DNA from: Candidatus Angelobacter sp.
GTDB taxonomy: Bacteria > Acidobacteriota > Terriglobia > Terriglobales > Acidobacteriaceae
Reading direction: 5' to 3'
NCBI GenBank assembly: GCA_035653315.1
Contig: DASRCD010000448.1
Location: forward strand, 1 to 28,807
Length of the DNA: 28,807 nucleotides
Of the stretch, positions 17,921-25,944 are shown piece after piece. Within the stretch, counting starts at the first letter, position 1, and the number at the start of each line of letters is the position of its first letter. Position numbers and translations under genes: made by a program. The notes beneath the pieces are model-generated. The model had not been told where the DNA came from, made no database searches, and worked only from the letters and a program-made list of their open reading frames with translations.

Positions 17921-19765
17921 ATGATCGATCACACAGCACGCAACGAGGAGTTCTCGTCGGATGCTGAATCCAACAGTTCGGCGGATTCCGTACAGTCCTA
18001 CGAAAATTTAACCACTATGTCCGGGAATAATTCTCAAACTCAATCTCCTGAGCAGCCCATCGCGGGTGTTGCCCAAAAAGAAGAAACGCATATGGACGAT
18101 TTCGCCGCAGCTCTTGAATCGTACACCCTTGAAACTGAACCGGCGCCCAGTGAAGACAACGTCTTCAAAGGCACCGTGATCAAGATTACCCCCACGCATG
18201 TTGTTGTGGACATCGGCTTCAAATCGGAAGGGCTTGTTCCGATTGCTGAAGTCACTGATGCTCACGGCAACGTGAAATTCCAGCCGGGCCAGGAAATTGA
18301 AGTGATGGTCCAGCGCGGTGAGAATGAAGAAGGGTCCGTTCTGCTTTCGCATGAACGGGCGCAGCGCGTGCGGGTCTGGGAGAACATCGAGAAGGCCTAC
18401 CACTCCAAGGAAGCCGTAAAAGGCACCGTGGTGGAGCGGGTAAAAGGCGGGGTCTCCGTGGATATTGGCGTGAAGGCGTTTATGCCGGGATCGCAGGTAG
18501 ATGTTCATCCTGTGCGCAACCTGGAAACGCTAAAAGGCCAGGAGATTGAAGTTCGGGTCATTAAGCTCAACAAGAAGCGCGGCAATATCGTTGTTTCGCG
18601 TAAAGCCATCCTCGATGAGGAAATTGCCTCCAAGCGCGGCAAAACGCTGGAGCATCTGGCTGAAGGCGCGATCATGACCGGCACGGTGAAGAACCTGACC
18701 GACTACGGCGCTTTTGTTGATTTGGGAGGCATTGACGGCCTGCTCCACATTACCGATATGTCCTGGGGCCGGCTGACACATCCCCGCGACCTGGTCCACG
18801 TTGGCGACCAGATCCAGGTGAAAGTCCTGAAATATGATCCGGAAAAGCTGCGCGTTTCTCTTGGCTTTAAGCAGCTCACGCCTGATCCGTGGCTGGACGC
18901 CGCTGAACGCTATCCGATTGGCGCACGCGTCAAGGGCCGCATTCTGAGCGTGACCGATTACGGTGCTTTCGTCGAGTTGGAACAGGGCATTGAAGGATTG
19001 GTCCATGTGAGCGAAATGTCGTGGTCCAAGCGGATGAAACATCCTTCCAAGCTGGTGAATATCGGCGATGAGATTGAGTGCGTGGTGCTGAACGTGAACT
19101 CCACGGAACGCCGCATCTCGCTGGGCTTGAAGCAGCTTGAGTCGAACCCATGGGAGCGTCTGCACGAGAAATATCCCATTGGTTCAACCGTGGAAGGTCG
19201 GGTCCGCAACCTGACTGACTTTGGCGCTTTCATTGAAATTGAAGACGGCATTGACGGCCTGGTCCACGTGAGCAATTTGAGCTGGACCAAGCGCGTAAAG
19301 CATCCTTCTGAAGTCCTGAAGAAGGGCGAGAAGGTAAAGGCCATTGTGCTGGGCATTGAGCCGGAGCAGCGTCGCCTGTCACTAGGCGTGAAGCAGCTTC
19401 AGCCGGATGCCTGGGAGACCTTCTTCCAGACGCACCGCATTGGTGATGTTGTCCATGGAAAAGTCCTCCGTCTGGCGCAATTTGGCGCTTTCGTTGAAAT
19501 TGCGGAAGGCGTTGAAGGCCTTTGCCACAACTCTGAAGCCACTGATTCCAACGGAGCACCAGTGAAACTGGACGCCGGCCAGGAACATGACTTTAAGATC
19601 ATCAAGATGAACGCTGATGAAAAGAAAGTAGGCTTGAGTCTGCGCGCCGTGGGTGAAGAAGCCAGCCGCGCCGATGTTGAAGCTTACAAGCACCCTGCAT
19701 CTAGCGCTACCACCACGTTGGGCGATATCATTAACTGGAAGCGCGCAGGCAACGACCAGGAATAG
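17921..19765 (+). CDS. rpsA: 30S ribosomal protein S1 (six S1 domains)
   Basis: Motifs DFAAALE, VDIGFKSEG, AFMPGSQVD, GTVKNLTDYGAFVDLGGIDGLLH and further repeated GAFVE domains. The start is uncertain: in-frame ATGs lie at 17921, 18017 and 18092. Confidence 0.95.
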   Translation: MIDHTARNEEFSSDAESNSSADSVQSYENLTTMSGNNSQTQSPEQPIAGVAQKEETHMDDFAAALESYTLETEPAPSEDNVFKGTVIKITPTHVVVDIGFKSEGLVPIAEVTDAHGNVKFQPGQEIEVMVQRGENEEGSVLLSHERAQRVRVWENIEKAYHSKEAVKGTVVERVKGGVSVDIGVKAFMPGSQVDVHPVRNLETLKGQEIEVRVIKLNKKRGNIVVSRKAILDEEIASKRGKTLEHLAEGAIMTGTVKNLTDYGAFVDLGGIDGLLHITDMSWGRLTHPRDLVHVGDQIQVKVLKYDPEKLRVSLGFKQLTPDPWLDAAERYPIGARVKGRILSVTDYGAFVELEQGIEGLVHVSEMSWSKRMKHPSKLVNIGDEIECVVLNVNSTERRISLGLKQLESNPWERLHEKYPIGSTVEGRVRNLTDFGAFIEIEDGIDGLVHVSNLSWTKRVKHPSEVLKKGEKVKAIVLGIEPEQRRLSLGVKQLQPDAWETFFQTHRIGDVVHGKVLRLAQFGAFVEIAEGVEGLCHNSEATDSNGAPVKLDAGQEHDFKIIKMNADEKKVGLSLRAVGEEASRADVEAYKHPASSATTTLGDIINWKRAGNDQE

Positions 19766-19785
19766 CGCAATATATCAGCTAAATC

Positions 19786-19815
19786 AAAAGGCCGTCCCTA
19801 GTGGACGGCCTTTTT
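19786..19815. terminator. Bidirectional intrinsic terminator
   Basis: AAAAGGCCGTCC-ctagt-GGACGGCCTTTTT lies between convergent genes, with A and T tracts on the two sides. Confidence 0.88.
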
Positions 19816-19835
19816 CTTGGATGCTCTTTGACAAT

Positions 19836-20207
19836 TCATTTTGCGTGAAGTTTCAGCGTAATATTTGCTTCCTTGCGGTTATCAAAACCACTAAGCGTTT
19901 TGGTATCGGTATGGGCGCCTTCATGCTCGGCATACACTTCATAATCCACATTGGGCGCCAAGCCGGGAAAGCGATAACTGCCATCCGCCTCAGTGATGTA
20001 TGTCTTGATTGCCAAAGTTTTAGTGTTCTTGACGTAAACAATGGCCTTCTGCACAGGTTCGCTGCGGTCATTTAAAACGTGACCCACCAGCGTTCGGGGC
20101 TCATTTTGCGAGCCTCGCTGCATCTCAGCCACAGCCGGAGAAGCGCCAATGCAGGCAAACACACCACAGGCAAGCAAAACAGCCGTAATGATGGTTCGCC
20201 GTTTCAT
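19836..20207 (-). CDS. Secreted carboxypeptidase-regulatory-like (beta-sandwich) domain protein B
   Basis: Signal peptide MKRRTIITAVLLACGVFACIGASPAVA followed by LVGHVLNDRSEPVQKAIVYV..TEADGSYRFPGLAPNVDYEVYAEH. AGGAG lies upstream. Confidence 0.82.
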   Translation of the reverse strand: MKRRTIITAVLLACGVFACIGASPAVAEMQRGSQNEPRTLVGHVLNDRSEPVQKAIVYVKNTKTLAIKTYITEADGSYRFPGLAPNVDYEVYAEHEGAHTDTKTLSGFDNRKEANITLKLHAK

Positions 20208-20232
20208 CAAGAGCACTCCTTTTGCCGGCCCG

Positions 20233-20649
20233 CTATTGCAGATGCAATCCGATGTCTTTACGCTCGTCGTTATCTATACGAACCCTGGTCTCACCCCTGA
20301 GTTTTTTCTTTTTTGAAAGCTGCGGTTTGCCATCTGAACCAACAGGAGCATACACCGCTTCTCCCTTGACCAGATAATCGGCCGTTCCCGCAGGCACACG
20401 CTGGGCAAACTCTCCGCGATGGTCAGAAAGCAATTCCCAGCTCTGGTGCTTTTTTCCCTGCGACTGAATTGTGACCTTTACCCCGTACAGCGGACGATCA
20501 TCCGGCCCATAAGCTGTGCCGAAAATCAGGGCGTATGGTTTTTCCTTGTTTTTATCATTCGCCAAAGCGGCGGGCTGGAGCAGCGTGAAGAAGAGCCAGG
20601 AAACAACGCAAGCAGCCGCTATCGGACGCCAGCGCAGTTTAGTAATCAC
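20233..20649 (-). CDS. Secreted carboxypeptidase-regulatory-like domain protein A
   Basis: GTG start at 20649 overlaps the upstream gene by 11 nt. Signal peptide ending ..QPAALA is followed by IFGTAYGPDDRPLYGVKVTI..SDHRGEF. Confidence 0.72.
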   Translation of the reverse strand: MITKLRWRPIAAACVVSWLFFTLLQPAALANDKNKEKPYALIFGTAYGPDDRPLYGVKVTIQSQGKKHQSWELLSDHRGEFAQRVPAGTADYLVKGEAVYAPVGSDGKPQLSKKKKLRGETRVRIDNDERKDIGLHLQ

Positions 20650-20842
20650 TATCCTCGTCTTCCTCGTCTTCGTCTTCATCCTCATCGTCTTCATCAAGCT
20701 CATCAATGGGGTTCAGTTCCAGCGGATGCTTGGTGACGACTTCAAAGTCCGAGCCGCACTCCGGGCATGAAACAATCTCGCCTTCGTCGAGTTCTTCTTC
20801 GTCCAGATCGAGATCGGTTTCGCATTCCGGGCAAATTGCCAT
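20639..20842 (-). CDS. LysW-like Zn-ribbon protein with poly-acidic tail (lacks EDWGE)
   Basis: CPEC..GEIVSCPECGSDFEVV..PLEL matches the LysW pattern. A strong SD (GGAGG) lies at 20851-20855. Confidence 0.85.
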   Translation of the reverse strand: MAICPECETDLDLDEEELDEGEIVSCPECGSDFEVVTKHPLELNPIDELDEDDEDEDEDEEDEDSDY

Positions 20843-20946
20843 TTCACTTTCCTCCTAATGGGGCTGCCACAGAAGAGTGGCCAGTACCACGTGATTATAT
20901 TTAGAATCTCTTGGGGTTGTCGTCAAGTTCTCAAATTGAGGTCTGA

Positions 20947-22422
20947 ATGTTACTCCTGCGCCATAACAAATTAATTATCATCTCGATTGCGCTTCTGATG
21001 CTTGCGTCTACTTATGCCGTTGCCCAAAAGCCTGCAGCAAAAAAAAGCAGCCGTTCAGCGGTTCCAAAGAACACAGAAAAAAAGAAGACAGAAAAAACTC
21101 CCGCCAGAAGCAAACGGGAACGCGACCCTGCCATTACTCAAATTATAAAAGATGTTTCCCCGCAGCGTGTGCAGCAAACCATTGAAAAGCTGGTCAGCTT
21201 TGGAACGCGCAGCACGCTTTCCGTCAACAACCCGGATGCAGCCACATCAAACCAGGGCATTGTAGCCGCGCGCAACTGGATCAAATCAGAATTTGAGCGT
21301 ATTTCATCAGAATGCAATGGATGCCTGGAAGTCAAGACGGATACATTCATTGAGCAGCCAAAAGGCCCCAAAGACCGCATTCCACAGCCCACGGAAATCC
21401 AGAATGTTTATGCAATCCTGAAAGGCACGGACCCGGAGCAGGCCAAGCGGGTTTACCTGGTTACAGGACATTACGATTCGCGCAACTCTGATGTAATGAA
21501 CTCCACGGCTCCCGCTCCTGGCGCAAATGACGATGGCAGCGGCACAACAGTTTCCATTGAGTGCGCGCGTGTGCTCAGCAAGCATAAATTTCCCGCGACC
21601 ATTATTTTTCTGACCGTGGCCGGTGAAGAGCAGGGACTGAACGGCAGCACCCATTTTGCCAAGATGGCCAAGGAACAGGGCTGGCAGCTTGAAGGCGTGC
21701 TGAACAATGACATTGTGGGCGGCAACACTACGCCGGGCGATACTGCACAAAATAAAAACTGGGTGCGTGTTTTTTCTGAAGGCATTCCCGCCGCGGCAAC
21801 AGAAGCCGACCTTCGCCGCATACGCTCCGTTGGCGGCGAGAATGATTCTGCTTCACGCCAGCTTGCCCGTTATGTTAATTCCGTGAGTGAGACCTATGAT
21901 TTTGGTTCATTTGTTCCCAAGCTGATCTTCCGTCGTGATCGCTATCTGCGCGGCGGGGATCATAGCGCATTTAATGAATCAGGGTTTGCCGCAGTTCGCT
22001 TCACTGAATATCGCGAGGACTTCAATCATCAGCACCAGACGCTGCGCACCGAAAACGGCATTGAATATGGCGATCTGCCGAAATTTGTGGACTTTAATTA
22101 CGTGGCGAATGTGGCGCGCTTGAATGCGGCAACGCTTGCAGCCCTGGCTTCAGCGCCTGCGCCGCCTGCTGACGTACATATCCTGACCAAGGGGCTGGAA
22201 AATGATTCCAAGATCGAGTGGAAGCCTGCCGCCGGCGCCACTGCTTATGAAGTACTCTGGCGCAAGACTACAGATGCAGACTTCTCTGATGACGACATGA
22301 CGCGCATCACAGAAACCAAAGTTGACCTGCCCGACTCTAAAGACAACGTGATTTTCGGGGTGCGGTCAGTGGATGCGAAGGGCCATCGTAGTTTGATCGT
22401 GATTCCCGAACCGGAAAGATAA
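20947..22422 (+). CDS. Secreted M28-family metallopeptidase with C-terminal FN3-like domain
   Basis: Motifs GHYDS, GANDDGSG, GEEQGL, NNDIVG, GGDH and HQHQ. The C-terminal part is PPADV..IEWKP..AYEVLWR. Confidence 0.9.
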   Translation: MLLLRHNKLIIISIALLMLASTYAVAQKPAAKKSSRSAVPKNTEKKKTEKTPARSKRERDPAITQIIKDVSPQRVQQTIEKLVSFGTRSTLSVNNPDAATSNQGIVAARNWIKSEFERISSECNGCLEVKTDTFIEQPKGPKDRIPQPTEIQNVYAILKGTDPEQAKRVYLVTGHYDSRNSDVMNSTAPAPGANDDGSGTTVSIECARVLSKHKFPATIIFLTVAGEEQGLNGSTHFAKMAKEQGWQLEGVLNNDIVGGNTTPGDTAQNKNWVRVFSEGIPAAATEADLRRIRSVGGENDSASRQLARYVNSVSETYDFGSFVPKLIFRRDRYLRGGDHSAFNESGFAAVRFTEYREDFNHQHQTLRTENGIEYGDLPKFVDFNYVANVARLNAATLAALASAPAPPADVHILTKGLENDSKIEWKPAAGATAYEVLWRKTTDADFSDDDMTRITETKVDLPDSKDNVIFGVRSVDAKGHRSLIVIPEPER

Positions 22423-22424
22423 TT

Positions 22425-23261
22425 ATGCCAAGAAATACTTCAGCCAGCCTGGGCTTGCCGCGCTTTCAAGGCGCGGTAAGGGATCTCATTATCCTGAATG
22501 CAGCCATTTTCATTGTCCTGCTTTTGCTGTTCTCATTTGCACGGAACCTTGGCTCAGCAATATTGGATTATGGAAGTCTCTCCAGCGAAGGGATTGCGCA
22601 TGGATGGATTTGGCAGTTTCTAACTTATGGCTTTCTTCATGTCGATCCGCTCAACTTTGCATTGTCAATGCTTGGCATATATTTCATTGGCGGAGCGGTT
22701 GAAGACCAGATTGGGTCAAAGCGGCTGGTCAATCTCTATCTCACAGCATTGATCGGAGCGGGACTGATTGGCTTTTTTTTCTCCATGACAGGAAAAATTG
22801 GGCATGGTGGAGCTGCCGGGTCGGGTCCGGCAGCTAACGCGCTTCTCATGGTTTTTTATTTTCTCTACCGTGAAGCGCGCGTTATGCCCATGTTTATCCC
22901 CATTCCGATTCCCATCAAGTACATTGTGATTTTCACGGCTGCCATTGAAGCTGCGTACCTCCTGCTCTCTGGCTTCTCTCTTATGATGATGGTGCAGCTG
23001 CTTGGCTTGGGAATGGGGTATGTCTGGTATCGATTCATGTGGCGCCGCCGCAGCCCGTTTGCATTCGTTGGGAATCAGATGGACTCTTTACGCAACAGCT
23101 ACCACCGCTGGAAGCTCAATCGCTCCAAGAAAAAGTTTCAGGTATATATGAAAAAGCACAGCCAGGATCCTAAAGATTATTTTGATGAATATGGCAATTT
23201 TCGTCCGCCCGATGATAAAGACAAAAAAAATGGCGGCAGCACCGGCGGCTGGGTGAATTGA
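22425..23261 (+). CDS. Rhomboid-like membrane protein, probably catalytically inactive
   Basis: WQFLTYGFLH loop and rhomboid-type TM pattern. GxSG is altered and no His is present in the last TM helix. The start is 2 nt after the M28 stop. Confidence 0.8.
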   Translation: MPRNTSASLGLPRFQGAVRDLIILNAAIFIVLLLLFSFARNLGSAILDYGSLSSEGIAHGWIWQFLTYGFLHVDPLNFALSMLGIYFIGGAVEDQIGSKRLVNLYLTALIGAGLIGFFFSMTGKIGHGGAAGSGPAANALLMVFYFLYREARVMPMFIPIPIPIKYIVIFTAAIEAAYLLLSGFSLMMMVQLLGLGMGYVWYRFMWRRRSPFAFVGNQMDSLRNSYHRWKLNRSKKKFQVYMKKHSQDPKDYFDEYGNFRPPDDKDKKNGGSTGGWVN

Positions 23262-23313
23262 ATTGGAAATTAAGTAATTTGGTAATTGAGCAATTTTGAA
23301 TTTGCCCTCAATT
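23256..23313. repeat. Degenerate ~8-bp AATT-periodic repeat with inverted arm
   Basis: AATT begins at 23256, 23261, 23268, 23276, 23284, 23292, 23299 and 23310. AATTGAG (23284) and CTCAATT (23307) form an inverted pair. Confidence 0.6.
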
Positions 23314-23345
23314 CGCGCACTTTCGCGGCTAAATTATCTAGAAAG

Positions 23346-24860
23346 CTACTTCTTTCTCCGTTCTGGCTCCACTGGCTTCTGTCTCGGTGCTGTTCGGCGT
23401 TCCTGCAGCCCTGGGGAAGTATGATCGCTGGTGCCAACCACATGCAGCCGCAAGAAATTTGTTGAACCGCTGCTTGATCTGGTTCCGGCCACAACGGCAA
23501 TAATGTCGCCGGATTGCGCTGCGTGCAGCTTTTGTAAAAAGCTTTCCGCCCTATGCACCATGTCTTCCGCATTCGGCGTCATCTCGCATGTGAGCGGTGA
23601 AACACCCCACATCAGGTTCAGGCGCGCCTGGACTTTTGCGTTCGCCGCAAATGCGTAAATCGGGGCTTTAGGACGATATTTGGAAATAAGCCGCGCCGTT
23701 GTTCCTGACTCCGTGTAAACCGCAATGGCTTTCATTTCCAGATCCTGCGCGGCATGAGCAACGGATTCGCAGATCGTTTCGGAGATGGAGAGATGCCGAT
23801 GTTGCCTGCGCCTTTGCACAGGCTCTTCCTTGGCCGATTCCGCCTCAAGCACAATCTTCGCCATGATCGCCACGGCTTCACGCGGATATTTGCCGCTTGC
23901 CGTCTCGGCGGAAAGCATGACTGCGTCTGTGCCATCAAGAATTGCGTTGGCCACATCGCTGGCTTCCGCGCGTGTAGGCCGCGGGTTCTCAATCATGGAT
24001 TCAAGCATCTGCGTGGCCGTAATCACCGGCTTGCGCCAGTCTGCGGCGCGGCGAATCACATGCTTCTGGATGATTGGCACTTTTTCCGCCGGCATTTCCA
24101 CGCCCAAATCGCCGCGTGCGACCATGATTCCATCTGCCACGTCAAGAATCTCTTCCAGGTTCTCCGGATCAACTGCCTGCGGCTTCTCCAGTTTCGCAAT
24201 CACCCATGCATCAGAGTTATGCACCCGCACCAGCCGCTTTACCAGACGCACATCGTCAGCAGTGCGGATAAAAGACACAGCCACCATGTCCACGCCGTGC
24301 TTCAGGCCAAATTCCAGGTCTTTTTCGTCTTTTTCCGTGAGCGATGGCACGCTGACCACCGTGCCGGGCAGATTGATGCCTTTATGCTCTCCCAGCAGCC
24401 CGCCGTTAATGACCTCGCATTCAACGTCATCACCGCGTACCGCTGTGACACGCAACTCTATCAAGCCATCGGAAAGCAGAATGCGCGCGCCGGGCTCCAC
24501 TTCCTGCGCCAATGTCTTAAAAGTTGTGGAAAGCAACGTGGCAGTGCCGGCGATATCGCGCGACGTAATCGTGAGCTTTGCGCCGCCTTTCAAAGCAATG
24601 GGCGTGCGATATTTAAGGCGTCCGGTCCTGATCTTTGGCCCCTGGAGGTCTTGCAGAATGCAAATGACGCGGCCCTCTTTTTCGGCAACCTTCCGCAGCC
24701 GCTCAATGATGCGCGCATGTTCTTCATGGGTTCCGTGCGAAAAATTCAGGCGGGCAACGTCCATGCCTGCCCGCATCAGGTCGCGCAACACAGCCTCAGA
24801 GCTGCTGGCCGGGCCGATGGTGCAGACAATTTTTGCTTTGCGTAGGCTACCTGCGTTCAT
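23346..24860 (-). CDS. pyk: Pyruvate kinase
   Basis: Motifs RKAKIVCTIGP, RLNFSHG, DLQGPKIR, IAKLEK, IMVARGDLGVE, ATQMLESM and DAVMLSAETA. Start is set at ATG 24860. Confidence 0.97.
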   Translation of the reverse strand: MNAGSLRKAKIVCTIGPASSSEAVLRDLMRAGMDVARLNFSHGTHEEHARIIERLRKVAEKEGRVICILQDLQGPKIRTGRLKYRTPIALKGGAKLTITSRDIAGTATLLSTTFKTLAQEVEPGARILLSDGLIELRVTAVRGDDVECEVINGGLLGEHKGINLPGTVVSVPSLTEKDEKDLEFGLKHGVDMVAVSFIRTADDVRLVKRLVRVHNSDAWVIAKLEKPQAVDPENLEEILDVADGIMVARGDLGVEMPAEKVPIIQKHVIRRAADWRKPVITATQMLESMIENPRPTRAEASDVANAILDGTDAVMLSAETASGKYPREAVAIMAKIVLEAESAKEEPVQRRRQHRHLSISETICESVAHAAQDLEMKAIAVYTESGTTARLISKYRPKAPIYAFAANAKVQARLNLMWGVSPLTCEMTPNAEDMVHRAESFLQKLHAAQSGDIIAVVAGTRSSSGSTNFLRLHVVGTSDHTSPGLQERRTAPRQKPVEPERRKK

Positions 24861-24883
24861 CCCTTGTTCTTTAGATGCGGTCG

Positions 24884-25738
24884 TCAAACCCTTACCTTCT
24901 TCTTCCTGGCGCTTTTCTCCGCCAGTTTTGGATATACCTGCGCGTTCATCTCCGCGCCCAGCAGAACGATAATGGAAACAATATAGAGCCACACCAGCAA
25001 TGCAATGGCGGCGCTGAGCGATCCATAGACAACACTGTAGGTTGCGTAATCTCGCACATACCAGCCAAAAATTACGGTGGCGGGAAACCACAGCACGCCG
25101 GCCATGATTGCCCCCGGCAATACGCGGCGCCATGACTGCGTCTTGGGTAATCCATGATGATAAATCAGGCTCATGAATGCGATGGCCGTGAGCAGCGCAA
25201 TCGCCCAGCGCACGCCGTCCCATACGAGCAATACCAGAGGCTTGAACAGATGCATGGTTTCAGCCTGGACCCAGTTCTCAACCTGGTCGCCAAAGGCAAC
25301 CAGCAGAGTTGCAAAACTCAATGGCACAAGCGCCAGCAATACCAGATAAAGCGCAATGGCCCGCTCTCTCCAGAAGCCCCACGTATTTTCCATGCCATAA
25401 GCTTTGCGGAAACCATCCATCCAGGAGATCATCACGCCTGACGCGGCCAGCACGGTTACAATAGACGCTGAGTAGATGATGCGTGTAGCGTGATGTTGCT
25501 TGGTCTAGAAGAACCCCAGCGCCACTGAACGCGAGCCCGGCGGCAGCACCCAGCCAATTGCCCCGGAAATCTGCTGTAGAAATCCTTCTGTCTGGTGTGA
25601 GGCTTCCAATACTGATGCTACAACCAGAAAAGCTGGAAACAATGTAAGAATGGATGAATACGCCGCTCCCTTGGCGGCTGAAAACTGTCCGTGCTGAAAA
25701 GCCTGCCAAAAGGCCCGGCGGAACCGCGTGAAGTGCAT
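24884..25738 (-). pseudogene. YihY/virulence factor BrkB family gene interrupted by one in-frame TAG at 25505-25507
   Basis: ORFs 25505-25738 and 24884-25453 share a frame. The sequence reads ..ALGFF*TKQHHATRIIYSASIVTVLAASG.. with no other stop. YihY motifs present: AAYSSILTLFP, YATYSVVYGSLSAAIALLVWLY and LGAEMN. Confidence 0.8.
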
Positions 25739-25944
25739 TTAGGTGAATAGGTTAAAGGCAGTCGATGAGCTTAGCAAGGCGACTTTTTGCATCCAGGGCT
25801 TTGACCGGATTTTTTTAGCTGATAGCACAATCATCCCTAGTTTTTGTTTTGAAAATGTTACCGGTTGTTAATTCAGAGTTCGCGACTTGGCAATATTCTC
25901 CAATTCAGAGGCATCAAGGAAAGATCGGCAATGAAACGTTAACC

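Noticed and set aside
20652-20695. TCx-rich low-complexity DNA as an independent microsatellite
   Set aside because: It is fully explained by the Asp/Glu codons of the acidic tail on the minus strand.
20639-22422. A LysW-dependent lysine/arginine biosynthesis cluster with the M28 gene as LysK
   Set aside because: No lysX, lysZ, lysY or lysJ is present, LysK is a cytoplasmic M20 enzyme whereas this M28 has a signal peptide, and EDWGE is missing.
23754-24972. Long plus-strand ORFs of 363 and 395 aa
   Set aside because: They are antisense shadows of pyk with no recognisable motifs. The other nested ORFs in the track were dismissed for the same reason.
24861-25223. 121-aa N-terminal extension of pyk in the ORF track
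   Set aside because: It overlaps the yihY reading frame on the same strand. The family N-terminus begins at ATG 24860.
25505-25507. Genome-wide TAG recoding or pyrrolysine as the explanation for the yihY amber codon
   Set aside because: TAG is the normal terminator of purE, kdsB, the M48 gene, rpsA and vapC in this window, and no pyl genes are visible.
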